From sequence record NC_021529.2: 64,000 bases of DNA. One strand, given 5' to 3'. The notes below the pieces were generated by a model that ran no database searches, was not told the origin of the DNA, and was given only the letters and a program-made list of their open reading frames with translations. The position numbers and the translations under genes are program-made. Below are positions 38,060-48,242 of this stretch, one piece after another (position 1 is the first letter of the stretch; each line of letters starts with the position of its first letter).

Positions 38060-38665
38060 ATGACTGAAACAGTATTAGCAGTAATCGCAATTTCATTTGT
38101 AGCTCTTGTAGTTTACTTGTACATTCGCGAACAAAACAAACGCAAAGCAGCAAATGCAGTATCGATGCGTGACCGCGCTGAGGGGCTTGCAGAGAAGCTT
38201 CCGACTAAAGAGCAACAAGAGCTTGATAAACTGAAAGAAGCAGCTACAGTTCGTTCACAGAACGGCTCACCGACTGGTGCGACTCGTATGAAGCCAACTG
38301 TAACTCATACGTCTCGACATGCTGCACCATCACGCCCTGTAGCGTCTCGTACGCGACGTGACGATGATGACATCATCACTAATCCGCTACACCCGTTGAA
38401 TCCGATTACAGATCCACTAGATGTGTATGGTTCAGATGATACAGTATGCGGTATGCGCGACGAAACACCAGCTCCGACACGAAGCTATTCAGCACCTGAG
38501 CCGAGCTACAGCGAGCCTGAACCATCACGCAGTGCAAGCGTTTCAAGTCCAGGTAGTTACTCATTCGGTGGTAGTTCAGACAGCGGTTCTAGCTCTAGCA
38601 GTTCGAGTGATAGCTACTCAAGTTCAGATAGCGGTTCTAGCTCAAGCGGTGGGGGCTGGGATTAA
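38060..38665 (+). CDS. Membrane-anchored protein with Ser/Gly low-complexity tail
   Basis: N-terminal TM; SSSSSDS...GGGWD end. Confidence 0.75.
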   Translation: MTETVLAVIAISFVALVVYLYIREQNKRKAANAVSMRDRAEGLAEKLPTKEQQELDKLKEAATVRSQNGSPTGATRMKPTVTHTSRHAAPSRPVASRTRRDDDDIITNPLHPLNPITDPLDVYGSDDTVCGMRDETPAPTRSYSAPEPSYSEPEPSRSASVSSPGSYSFGGSSDSGSSSSSSSDSYSSSDSGSSSSGGGWD

Positions 38666-39180
38666 TGATTACACGAGAAATTAGTGGCGATATTGTCGCC
38701 ACTCTCGCTCATACTCTGATGAAACCTAAAGCTGATAAGCGCGTTTTCATCGGTCAAGGTTGTAACTGTTTTATTCGTCAAGGTAGTGGTATCGCTGGTC
38801 AGCTACGTCAATTCCCTGAGATTTTTCAAGCAGACGAAGATTATGGTCGTTTTGGCGATCCGATGAAACTTGGTGAGTTTTCTAGAGCTACACTTGGTGT
38901 AAATCCACTTGATCCTGATGCAGTTGTTTACAATATGTACACTCAGTTCAGCATGGGAACAAACGAACGACACGTTGAGTACTCAGCGATCAAGCAAGCT
39001 GTGAAAAACGTCTGTCTTGATATGTTAGATTGTGGCGATGAGCCGCTTTATCTACCACTAATCGGTGCTGGTCTAGCTGGCGGGGATTGGGAAATCATTC
39101 GAAATGTCATTCATGAGGCAAGTGGTAAACAAGCTGTTGTTATTGTACACTTCGATCAAGGTCGTCTACTAGATTGGTGA
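38665..39180 (+). CDS. Macrodomain protein (T4 Tk.4-like)
   Basis: GCNCF..QGSGIA, LPLIGAGLAGGDW. Confidence 0.9.
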   Translation: MITREISGDIVATLAHTLMKPKADKRVFIGQGCNCFIRQGSGIAGQLRQFPEIFQADEDYGRFGDPMKLGEFSRATLGVNPLDPDAVVYNMYTQFSMGTNERHVEYSAIKQAVKNVCLDMLDCGDEPLYLPLIGAGLAGGDWEIIRNVIHEASGKQAVVIVHFDQGRLLDW

Positions 39181-39333
39181 TAGCATGGAATTTTACGCAT
39201 TTGTATTTCTAGCTGTAGTTGTCAGCGTTTTATTTGCTATTCTCGTCGCTAAGTTAGTTGAGAAGCGAGAATCGAATCTTGTCAAAATGCGTCATTCATT
39301 ATTGCGTAAACGAGCAAGGGGTAAGTTACCGAA

Positions 39334-39564
39334 ATGAGTTTTGAGAAAAACAGAAAATTAGCTGATGCGTTTGATACTTGGCGGGTTGTTCCTCGAATTT
39401 TAGTTGCGTTATATTGCTACTTGCTGTATGATACTGCTATGTGGTTCATGGCACTGCCTGATCCATCTGGTACACAAGCTGCATTCGTATCGACAATTGT
39501 CGGTTCTGGTGCTGCAATATTTGGTTTATACACTAATTCAGGAAAGAGGAATAACAATGGCTAA
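39334..39564 (+). CDS. Small two-TM protein, holin-like topology
   Basis: Two hydrophobic helices, charged termini. Confidence 0.5.
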   Translation: MSFEKNRKLADAFDTWRVVPRILVALYCYLLYDTAMWFMALPDPSGTQAAFVSTIVGSGAAIFGLYTNSGKRNNNG

Positions 39565-39748
39565 ACTACTATACAAGAACGAAGTTGAGCATGAAATGCA
39601 ACGCCGTGACGTGTGGTTGAAAGCATGGTGTCACACCGCGAATGCAAACGACTGTAAAGAAACATCGACTGCGACAACATACGCTGATGCATGTCTTAAA
39701 GCATTCGATCTGCGTTTTGAAAAAATTGAGGTGGTCGGCGGTGAGTGA
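39557..39748 (+). CDS. Hypothetical protein
   Basis: GAGGA RBS, operon packing. Confidence 0.6.
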   Translation: MAKLLYKNEVEHEMQRRDVWLKAWCHTANANDCKETSTATTYADACLKAFDLRFEKIEVVGGE

Positions 39749-40004
39749 TATTCTAGTCATTGAAATCGAAGAAGACGTTTTTGGTGAAGACTTCGAAGCT
39801 GATATGGCAAATTTCATCGATTATGTCATCGAAGCAGAGTCGCGAGAACGTGACTTCACGATGAACGGTTATTTTGTCGGTGATTTACTAAACGTCGAAA
39901 CCGATGACTTAGATCAATCAGTTGTCGTTGAATTTGTCGAGTGGTACAAAAATAAAGCAATTGCTTTCTTCGATCAAGACATAACATTGCACATATACCG
40001 TTAA
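39741..40004 (+). CDS. Hypothetical acidic protein
   Basis: Probable GTG start after GAGGT. Confidence 0.55.
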   Translation: MSDILVIEIEEDVFGEDFEADMANFIDYVIEAESRERDFTMNGYFVGDLLNVETDDLDQSVVVEFVEWYKNKAIAFFDQDITLHIYR

Positions 40005-40081
40005 ATAAAAACCCCATCGATGTCTCAATGGGGTTTTTCGTTTAATTCTAAATAGAATAAACAACATCAAAAGGTAATATA

Positions 40082-41746
40082 ATGAAACTGTTTACTGAAT
40101 TTTATCAAGAAGTGCGTCTTGACGAAATCTCAGACCGCGCCAATATCGATATTGATTGGGATTGGGGTCATGAGAACGGCACTGGCGAAACTTCAGCACG
40201 TTTTAACGCTGCTGGCGAGGATTTCAGCGTAAGCGTTGACGAAAATAATCCTGGTTATTTCACTATTTCGTTCCAAAACTCAGGTGGTTATTCACAGACT
40301 GGTCGCGCTGGTCACTCTGCGGCTGCTGTATTCTCTGGTGTATTGACTACACTACGTGAATTCACTGAGACGTATGAAGAAGAAATGGATAAAAAGCCAT
40401 ACGAATACGATTTCAGTGCTGCGTATGAGCTACCGAGAAATCATGAGTACTACGCTCTACAAAATAATCGCAGAGAAGCACAACGCTTAGACGAAGAAAG
40501 CAAGAAAAAGCTATTGAAAGATCTAATCTCTCGCCCGATGCTTTACTACGCACTATCATTGACGTTTGGTAAAGAATACGGTTACTCGACTGACATTAGT
40601 GATCGCTGGCTTGAGCGTCTAGCAGGTGGTGCTAACGATTTCCGCTCTGTTCGTAAGAACGTAACTCGTGCTATTCTTTCAATGAGTGACAACGATGTCA
40701 ATCAAGCACTTATGCAAATGAGTGGTTCAGTTGGCTTCACGCTTACAAACCAACATCAAAATTCATACGATTACGATGCTCCGTTCGGTCAAGCAAGTCT
40801 AGAAGACACGATTGACGATGCTGATCAATATCAAATCGAAGCATGGATTAATGACGGTCGCGAAGATGAAATTCTAGAACACGCAGATTGGCGAACACTA
40901 GTTCGTATCGCTGAATGGGGTCTGATGCACGATGAACTAATTTACCATGATGATGCGGACGTTCGAGCCGCAGTAATGCGCACGGATTATGAAATGGGTG
41001 ACAAGCTTGCACAATCAAGTGACCCTGATCATCGACAAGAAGCTGCTGAAAATGGGTTTTCTATCTGGGAACTTGTTCTTGACTCAGACGACGACGTTCG
41101 CGAAGCTGCGTGGGATTGGTCTTTTGAGAATGACGACGCAGATACACGAATCGACTATGCAAAACGTATCAAGAGCGAAATGGGTCGATCTATTGCAGAA
41201 GACTTCTGGGACAGAATGATTGATGATGTAGACGACTACGAAGACCGCGTTTACGTTGCTGAACAAGGCTATCGCCTTGAAGAACTAGTTGATGATCATG
41301 ACGAAGATGTTCGACAAGCAGCAATGAACTACTACTTCAACAATTACGGTTCTGAAGACGCTGTTGGATCAATTCTCGAATACGGTGATGCTTATCGTGA
41401 AGAGAACTTCGCATACATCATGGGTGGTAACTTCGGCCCATCTGCTGAAGAAAAAGCAATCGAACTTGCGAAAGAAAATGATGTAGATGTGAGCGAATAT
41501 GTTCGTACTTCAGACATCACATGGTACAAGTGGAATGATCCTGTTGCTGATATGAAAGTTGTCGATGAAGAAGGCACTGAATTTGATATTCAAATTACCG
41601 CGCAGGATGATGGTAACTTTACCATTGTCATTGACGGTGATGAAACTTCTGACATTCCATTCAGTGACATCTATAGTATTTTCAAGACTGAGTACGGCAT
41701 TAATATAGATGATTACACTTATGTGTACGATGATTTAAATAATTAA
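40082..41746 (+). CDS. Very acidic putative internal protein with HEAT-like repeats
   Basis: MKLFTEFYQEVRLDE/; L..D.D.DVR.AA repeats; TCTAAATA at 40047. Confidence 0.7.
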   Translation: MKLFTEFYQEVRLDEISDRANIDIDWDWGHENGTGETSARFNAAGEDFSVSVDENNPGYFTISFQNSGGYSQTGRAGHSAAAVFSGVLTTLREFTETYEEEMDKKPYEYDFSAAYELPRNHEYYALQNNRREAQRLDEESKKKLLKDLISRPMLYYALSLTFGKEYGYSTDISDRWLERLAGGANDFRSVRKNVTRAILSMSDNDVNQALMQMSGSVGFTLTNQHQNSYDYDAPFGQASLEDTIDDADQYQIEAWINDGREDEILEHADWRTLVRIAEWGLMHDELIYHDDADVRAAVMRTDYEMGDKLAQSSDPDHRQEAAENGFSIWELVLDSDDDVREAAWDWSFENDDADTRIDYAKRIKSEMGRSIAEDFWDRMIDDVDDYEDRVYVAEQGYRLEELVDDHDEDVRQAAMNYYFNNYGSEDAVGSILEYGDAYREENFAYIMGGNFGPSAEEKAIELAKENDVDVSEYVRTSDITWYKWNDPVADMKVVDEEGTEFDIQITAQDDGNFTIVIDGDETSDIPFSDIYSIFKTEYGINIDDYTYVYDDLNN

Positions 41747-41786
41747 AAGAAAAGGGTTGACAGTAGTCAGCCCTTTTTTGTATCAT
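41747..41786 (+). promoter_or_regulatory. Terminator/early promoter cassette
   Basis: GGGTTGAC-AGTA-GTCAGCCC-T6; TTGACA-N18-TATCAT. Confidence 0.8.
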
Positions 41787-41814
41787 ACGTATATCAACTC
41801 AATGGAGAGAAATT

Positions 41815-42078
41815 ATGATTATCCAAGACCTAACTGAAATCTTCATCAACATCCCTGATGAGAACTATGATGCAGACGATTACGAAAATCGTGTATTAGC
41901 AGCGATTGATCGCGACGACGTACACGGTGTGATGATGTCGTTCACTCAAGGCATCAGTCTATTCATCGAAAATATTGACAACTCTGACTTAGATATGTCA
42001 GAATATGAAGCGTTCGTTATTGAAAAGCTCGAAACTGAGTTTGGCGACGAAATTGGTGAAATTGAATTTATCTTTTAA
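41815..42078 (+). CDS. Hypothetical acidic early protein
   Basis: GGAGAG RBS after cassette. Confidence 0.7.
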   Translation: MIIQDLTEIFINIPDENYDADDYENRVLAAIDRDDVHGVMMSFTQGISLFIENIDNSDLDMSEYEAFVIEKLETEFGDEIGEIEFIF

Positions 42079-42089
42079 GAGAGAATCAC

Positions 42090-42722
42090 ATGCTTTTAGC
42101 TGACTACATCAAACAATCAATGCAAGAACATCACACGATTTTTGAAACACGTTTCGCCGTGTTAGACCATTTATTCGCAGTGAACGGTAACGGTATCGAA
42201 ATTAAAAATGGTTATCTGTGTGATTGGGATACAATGGACACAACGCCGAAGCCGTTGCTGACTCGTGAAGAAATCATTGCATCTGTGCGTGAAGATTCTC
42301 AGCACTTCATTGACATGATTGAAAAAACGATTGTATCTCTTGAAGAATATGATGAACATGATGATCTCATTCAAGATTTCAAACAAAAGCTCGATGAACG
42401 AAATGAAAAAGACGAGCGTACAATCGAACGTCTTTGCAACATTGACGAAGCATACAAGATTCAGCCTGATTTCACAAATCTCAATGTTTATCAATGGGGT
42501 TCGAACAAGCGTTATATCCCGATGTACGAGTTTGAGCACGCGAAATACACTGATTTAGTTGAACAGCTAGAGTATTTCAGAGACTGTATTGTTAAAGCAG
42601 ATGTGAAAGAGATTGACGGTGGCAATGAACTTTCCAATTATTACGCTCGTTCTGTGCAATCTTGGAAAGATAACATTGATAAAGTCAATGCATTCATTGA
42701 GAAGGTGAAAAATGCATCATAA
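42090..42722 (+). CDS. Hypothetical protein
   Basis: GAGAG RBS, operon packing. Confidence 0.7.
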   Translation: MLLADYIKQSMQEHHTIFETRFAVLDHLFAVNGNGIEIKNGYLCDWDTMDTTPKPLLTREEIIASVREDSQHFIDMIEKTIVSLEEYDEHDDLIQDFKQKLDERNEKDERTIERLCNIDEAYKIQPDFTNLNVYQWGSNKRYIPMYEFEHAKYTDLVEQLEYFRDCIVKADVKEIDGGNELSNYYARSVQSWKDNIDKVNAFIEKVKNAS

Positions 42723-43089
42723 GTTTTCAACACACTCGTTGATGAACATGGTCAATTATATGAGTTCTCAGTTCGTACGTGATACGACATTCTTGGGATT
42801 CATACCGATTACAGCATACGACGATACATGGGGAATGAAAGTACCTGATAGCGATTATCGTTGGTGTGCTGTACACTTGTTCGATACTGAGCAACAAGCA
42901 ACGCGATCTGATGAAGAAGAGCGCGAACAAAAGCGAATTGACAAAGGTTACGAGTGGTTGATTGTGCTTTACGGGGTCGATAACACGTCGTACATGAAGC
43001 GTTTCAAGAAACGTGAAGATGCGATTTATTGGTTCTTTAATCAAGATTCAATTAAAACGCTTGATGGGCTTTTTTACTATAACAGTTGA
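42712..43089 (+). CDS. Hypothetical protein
   Basis: Operon packing. Confidence 0.65.
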   Translation: MHHKFSTHSLMNMVNYMSSQFVRDTTFLGFIPITAYDDTWGMKVPDSDYRWCAVHLFDTEQQATRSDEEEREQKRIDKGYEWLIVLYGVDNTSYMKRFKKREDAIYWFFNQDSIKTLDGLFYYNS

Positions 43090-43096
43090 GATAATT

Positions 43097-43714
43097 ATGG
43101 ATATTGAACGCGAACTGCACGAACTTAATGTGCATAATAACAGAGTTTACACTCGTGTAGTTGATGAGGTGATGAAGCCAAACATCATTGAAATCTACAA
43201 GCATATGCGTGATGAAATCGGGTACAATCAAGAAATTTGGTACGGTGACATGGATGTGTATGTGTCAATCGAAGAAGCATATGAAAAGCGTGAACGTTCG
43301 TTTGATGCGTTGATCATCAATAACGTTGTGTCATGTGCTGATCAGCCGATCACTGTTGCTCTTATTGAGAAAAACACGTACTCAATCCCTCTTTGCAAAT
43401 GCGTTGCGTCATTTGGCGAGAAGAAAGAACAAGGTCATGTATGGAATGATCATCGAGATTGGGTTCTTGAAGGGCTAGATACGTTGCGTGACCACAATTG
43501 GAAATTTGGGTACGAAGATCTACGAGACCCGAATTTGGTTTTCGAGCGTGCTTGCTTATGGGAAAAAGTAATGCCTGATAAAGCATACAACGGATGGACA
43601 CCATTTTCATATGGTTGTGGGTTTAACACAAGCTATCTGTTGTATGCTGAGCGTGAAATTCGCTGGGCTATGCAATCAATCACTGAAAGAACATATCATT
43701 TACAGGGGCAATAG
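43097..43714 (+). CDS. Hypothetical protein
   Basis: ATG 43097; ends in hairpin at 43704-43723. Confidence 0.65.
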   Translation: MDIERELHELNVHNNRVYTRVVDEVMKPNIIEIYKHMRDEIGYNQEIWYGDMDVYVSIEEAYEKRERSFDALIINNVVSCADQPITVALIEKNTYSIPLCKCVASFGEKKEQGHVWNDHRDWVLEGLDTLRDHNWKFGYEDLRDPNLVFERACLWEKVMPDKAYNGWTPFSYGCGFNTSYLLYAEREIRWAMQSITERTYHLQGQ

Positions 43715-43721
43715 CCCCTTT

Positions 43722-44777
43722 TTATGGTCTGTAGATCATATGATCAGAGCCCATACGTTCCCAATCACCACTGTTCATGCGTCTTTTCATTTCATCGAAT
43801 AACGCAGGGTTAGCTCGAATATCGTTTAATGGTAGAGCAACAACACCTTCTGTTTTGTGAGCTAGTAACTCAAGTTTATCAAGCAGATCGCTTGATGTTC
43901 TACCGTCGTACTTGAATTCACTAAACCAATAACCAATCTTACTGAACTTACGATCTCTGGTGTATTTCACATCGAACCCTTTCAATGCATACAGCAAGCT
44001 ACTTTCTTTGCCATGAAACGGCTTTTTGTATTCGCTGTGTTCAGCACCAGCACGAGCAAGTAATCGTTTCTTAGCCTCTTCTGGTATATTGAACCAACCA
44101 TCGAAATTATTCTTAAATCGATTCATCCATGCTTCAGCAGTTGCAGGCGAGCCTTTAAACTGAGATTTCGTATCAGCAATTGCTTGTGCATATCGTGCGT
44201 TAATCTCATGAGAATAGTTCTGATATTCGTCGTGAGACGCTTTGTGACCGGCTTTAGCGTGTTTGACGAACTCTTTATCGATATAAGCTCTATTACGCCC
44301 TGAGTGTTGATACACGCCGTCTTCGTCGCGTGTCTCGAAGTCTTCTATATCACCAGAACGCCAGTTATCGTATGCATGTTGCAGTTCGTGCAATGCAGTA
44401 CTGTACATTTGTTCTTTCTTGACTCTGAACTTTGCCATAATCTGACTAACAGCAGTTACACCAGTGATGTCAACGGTGATTTGCAAGTTACCTGCTTCAC
44501 CAGCGTCTGGGTCGTGTAAAGCACCACGCCAAACACCCATTTCAGTTGGTGATTGATTGTCGAGCTTCAGATACGCGACGATACCACGTTCTAGCAATGC
44601 ATCGAATTTGCTTTCACCAGTTTTGATGTTCAGACTCTTGGTATTGATTGCAAGATTGTTCGGATCGAATGGTCTTGTTGATAATGCATATTCCAACTGT
44701 GTTTCAAGTCGGTCAACGATAAACTTTGCTGCGTACTCTAATGCACGCTGAGATTGAACGCTTTCAAAAATAATCAT
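43722..44777 (-). CDS. Zincin-like metallopeptidase, putative late/virion protein
   Basis: TALHELQHAYD (HExxH) and downstream HEINARY; ACTAAATA on minus strand at 44810-44817. Confidence 0.75.
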   Translation of the reverse strand: MIIFESVQSQRALEYAAKFIVDRLETQLEYALSTRPFDPNNLAINTKSLNIKTGESKFDALLERGIVAYLKLDNQSPTEMGVWRGALHDPDAGEAGNLQITVDITGVTAVSQIMAKFRVKKEQMYSTALHELQHAYDNWRSGDIEDFETRDEDGVYQHSGRNRAYIDKEFVKHAKAGHKASHDEYQNYSHEINARYAQAIADTKSQFKGSPATAEAWMNRFKNNFDGWFNIPEEAKKRLLARAGAEHSEYKKPFHGKESSLLYALKGFDVKYTRDRKFSKIGYWFSEFKYDGRTSSDLLDKLELLAHKTEGVVALPLNDIRANPALFDEMKRRMNSGDWERMGSDHMIYRP

Positions 44778-44852
44778 CTTTTTTCTCTAAAACTATTGAC
44801 TGTATATCTTATTTAGTTTAATATCTCTTACATAGAAACAAGAGAGAACATT

Positions 44853-45518
44853 ATGAACGTACTGAAGTATATACACAACATATTGCACGTCGCACCGATA
44901 AAGCCTCAAGTTAGCATCAGAGCACATCAAGAAAACAGACGTGTGAGTGACGGCCCATTGACATTTCTACCATCTGAAAAGAATGCTCCCTATAGATTAT
45001 GGGTTGCAGATGCTAGTAAACTTCATCATCATATGTACAGATTTCGTCATATGTGTTCTGAATGGTATGAAACTCGCGATGACATGGCTAAGAGAATGAT
45101 CAAAGCGCGTGCTGATTACGCAGAAGCGAAAATGAAGACGTGGGAAGATTACAAATACGACGTTGAACAACCAGCGATTGAAATCATTCGTAAGATGCTT
45201 GAAAAGCCAAAACGTTTTCACATCGAGAAGTTCATCGACCCTGCTAAAGTGTTTGATGAACATAACTCAAAAACTGTTCTTGTCGATAAAGACACTAGGG
45301 TGAAATTTGTAATGAATGAAAATCCTGGCAGTTATCTTGAACGTCGTCTTCTATTACCAAGCGTATTTTCTGGTGCAGAGGCAAAATGCATTTGCGAAGC
45401 CATGCATGATGTTGTATACTCACGAATGAGTGACATCGAAGATAAGAAACGAAAAGCAGAAGAAAAGCGTCGTCAAAATCATCGTAATGAACTAATGCAA
45501 CAATACTGCGGGGAGTAA
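44853..45518 (+). CDS. Hypothetical early protein
   Basis: TTGACT-N17-TAATAT promoter and GAGAGAACATTATG leader. Confidence 0.7.
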   Translation: MNVLKYIHNILHVAPIKPQVSIRAHQENRRVSDGPLTFLPSEKNAPYRLWVADASKLHHHMYRFRHMCSEWYETRDDMAKRMIKARADYAEAKMKTWEDYKYDVEQPAIEIIRKMLEKPKRFHIEKFIDPAKVFDEHNSKTVLVDKDTRVKFVMNENPGSYLERRLLLPSVFSGAEAKCICEAMHDVVYSRMSDIEDKKRKAEEKRRQNHRNELMQQYCGE

Positions 45519-45522
45519 TAAC

Positions 45523-45915
45523 ATGGCATACGAAGTAATCAACGGTAAATTGCGTAAAGTCAAGAAAGAAAAGGCACGCGACTACGACAAAGAATGGTCA
45601 AAGATGCAAGAAATTGCTAAGCGACAAGTTAAAATCATGGATCGTATTCGTGAACGTGACGAGATCGACAGCTTAGACACACGTGAACGACATGAAGCAA
45701 TGATTGAGCTTGCAGAACGCAACGAGCGAAAAGGTAAGAAAGGCGGTGACTGTAATGTAACTCAGTGTCAAAAGCCAGGCGCAAGCTCTTACAACGTAGC
45801 AATGCGTGCGTATTACTGTGAGTGCTGTGCTCAAGAAATTTGGCAAGCAGCGCAACGTAACGGTCAAGACTTCATTCGACCAACACCAGACTACACATAC
45901 AAATACGAGGGTTGA
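45523..45915 (+). CDS. Hypothetical Cys-rich (zinc-binding) protein
   Basis: CNVTQC...YYCECC. Confidence 0.65.
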   Translation: MAYEVINGKLRKVKKEKARDYDKEWSKMQEIAKRQVKIMDRIRERDEIDSLDTRERHEAMIELAERNERKGKKGGDCNVTQCQKPGASSYNVAMRAYYCECCAQEIWQAAQRNGQDFIRPTPDYTYKYEG

Positions 45916-46157
45916 TTATGACTGATTTTCTAATTGCAGCTTTCTGCTTTACATTCTTCCTAGCAAACGTCGGATCAATATTTACGATGGTGTATATTGC
46001 AACAGCTCAGCAATACAATATACCAATGATTATTCTATGTGTTTACGGGTTTATCGGGACTATCGGAGTGATGATTGTAATCGGTCTCGTGATGCTCGTT
46101 AGTTGGATTGAGGAATCGAAATTCTGGAAAAAAATATCAAAAATGAGAGACATTTGA
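45912..46157 (+). CDS. Hypothetical membrane protein
   Basis: Two TM-like segments. Confidence 0.6.
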   Translation: MIMTDFLIAAFCFTFFLANVGSIFTMVYIATAQQYNIPMIILCVYGFIGTIGVMIVIGLVMLVSWIEESKFWKKISKMRDI

Positions 46158-46498
46158 TGAAAAACGTGATTCTCCTAGACCATGACACACCTAGAAAAGC
46201 TGTTATCGTTAGAACACGCGACCCTGAGACAGATCTGTACATTGATCGATTTCGTGATGTAGGCATAAAACGTATATACAGTGCGAATATGATTGCAGTT
46301 GAAGATCTAGATGGGAAATACATTCTAGTCAAGAACCGTTATACGTGTGGTGCACATGACGATAAAATTCGCTTTAGCACTATCGATGGGATGATTGCAT
46401 ACATGAATTCGTTCTTAATCGACTGTGCATTACCAACAATCAACAGTGTGTTTGACGAAAACGCTCAAGCATATGCAACGGGGATACGTGGGATATGA
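46154..46498 (+). CDS. Hypothetical protein
   Basis: Operon packing. Confidence 0.6.
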   Translation: MMKNVILLDHDTPRKAVIVRTRDPETDLYIDRFRDVGIKRIYSANMIAVEDLDGKYILVKNRYTCGAHDDKIRFSTIDGMIAYMNSFLIDCALPTINSVFDENAQAYATGIRGI

Positions 46499-46773
46499 GC
46501 TTTGAAACAAAAATAATCTGCTATGCAGCACCAGTAACTGAATATGAACCGGGTTGGTCGCGTCCAGACGGTTACATTATCGCGAAAACCAAAGAAGACT
46601 TGCTTGCAAAAGGCGAAGCAATGCGCCAATACGCACAAACTGCAAAGTATGGGTATGAGCTGATCGGTGAATGTTTTATCTTCGAACCGACTCAGAAAGC
46701 AATTGACGAACTTTCAAATCGCGATTACGTGTGGACTTATAACAATTTCAGCGAATACGGCAAAGTAATTTAA
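46495..46773 (+). CDS. Hypothetical protein
   Basis: ATGA overlap. Confidence 0.65.
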   Translation: MSFETKIICYAAPVTEYEPGWSRPDGYIIAKTKEDLLAKGEAMRQYAQTAKYGYELIGECFIFEPTQKAIDELSNRDYVWTYNNFSEYGKVI

Positions 46774-46886
46774 AAACTTGTTTAATATCAGTAACATGAT
46801 GTTATACTAGCTCCACATGCAGAGAGTTGCATGACACGTCTGATTAAGTTGTACAGATAATAACAATCAAAAACAAAAGGTATAAA

Positions 46887-48242
46887 ATGAAGAAAGCTTT
46901 ACTTGCATTAGCATTAGTATGTTCTACGTCAGCGTCAGCATTTGATGGACTACCGACTAGTGGTGTAGAAACACCAAGTCCATTATCAACTGAATTCGCA
47001 TTCCCATATTTGACGAACGGTTATCACAACTCAGTTCTTCGTACATGGGTTAACACTGCCATGAAAGAAGCAGATGCAGAATTCCAAAAGACTGGTGAAA
47101 TCTCTCAAGTCGTCAACGAGAACTACATTTCGATGAACAGTTCTGGTTACAAATACTGGAATGATTCAGATGACAGAGCAACGACATCACCAGCAGCAGA
47201 TATGAAAGCGTTAAGCAATCTTGCAATGGCGCCACTGAAATGGGCTTGTACTGTATCAGGCGGCTGTTACGACAACGGCTACGAATACACACTTCGAATG
47301 AATGCTGATTCAAGCAACTTCGATGTAAACGGAACTTTGCATGTTGGGTGGGCAAACTTGCGTCGTGAAAGTTGTGCTCTTGCATACGGTGGTGTTCGAG
47401 TATGTACAACCATCGATGACATGAACTACGGTGGCGATCTAGCAGGCTTCTGGATCAAAGCAATTGATTGGATTAACGAGAAAGAAAATCTTTCAAACAT
47501 TCAAACATCGATTGATCAAGTGAAGAAAACATTTGACCGTCCGTATGTTACAGTGAACGCTACTCTAATCCCTGGTAAAGTATCTGGTGGTGATATTTCA
47601 TACTTCCATATGGCTGATCCAGAATGGTGGACTCTGTGGCAACGTCAAGTTAACTTGAACTCAGTTGCAATCGGGTACAAGCTAGGTCAAATTGAGCCGA
47701 TTCTAGCAGGCGACCATGCGGGTCTAAGACAGTCATATCTTCCGCAGGATGAGCAATGGGCTGGAAAATACGGTTCTCATCTAGCAGGTGCTTTACCGCT
47801 ATACGAATACAACCCATTGCGTGCGCTTGAAATCGTACACAGACAACGAATGCAGCTACCGTTAGGTGACTATGCACAATTCGACAACAACTATAAAGCG
47901 TGTCGAGTGAATCTGATGATGACTGGCGATGATGGTTACTTGCCGTCACCTGGGTATTACGGCGTAACAGCACTTTACGGTATAGCACCTCAATATACAC
48001 CAGTGCTTCAGCTAGCCACGTTCGCATGGTCAGCTAACACGAAGTCGCAGTCGAAGATGTACGAAATGGCAAACTATGATCACAACGCACGTGTGTTCCT
48101 ACACGAGCTAGGCCATAACTACGACTACGGTCACGATACAACACCGTCGGCAGACTCATACTGGAATGACCTGAGCGTAACAGTTCCATCATTCATCGAT
48201 GACCGTCGCAGCGACGATCAGTGCGTAAACCGCGTACTTTAA
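46887..48242 (+). CDS. Secreted protein with C-terminal HExxH metallopeptidase motif
   Basis: Sec signal MKKALLALALVCSTSASA; VFLHELGHNYDYGH; own promoter (46780-46808) and terminator (about 48250-48270). Confidence 0.75.
   Translation: MKKALLALALVCSTSASAFDGLPTSGVETPSPLSTEFAFPYLTNGYHNSVLRTWVNTAMKEADAEFQKTGEISQVVNENYISMNSSGYKYWNDSDDRATTSPAADMKALSNLAMAPLKWACTVSGGCYDNGYEYTLRMNADSSNFDVNGTLHVGWANLRRESCALAYGGVRVCTTIDDMNYGGDLAGFWIKAIDWINEKENLSNIQTSIDQVKKTFDRPYVTVNATLIPGKVSGGDISYFHMADPEWWTLWQRQVNLNSVAIGYKLGQIEPILAGDHAGLRQSYLPQDEQWAGKYGSHLAGALPLYEYNPLRALEIVHRQRMQLPLGDYAQFDNNYKACRVNLMMTGDDGYLPSPGYYGVTALYGIAPQYTPVLQLATFAWSANTKSQSKMYEMANYDHNARVFLHELGHNYDYGHDTTPSADSYWNDLSVTVPSFIDDRRSDDQCVNRVL

Noticed and set aside
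39334-39564. Definitive holin call
   Set aside because: Only topology supports it; T4-like phages use gene t, and no endolysin gene is adjacent
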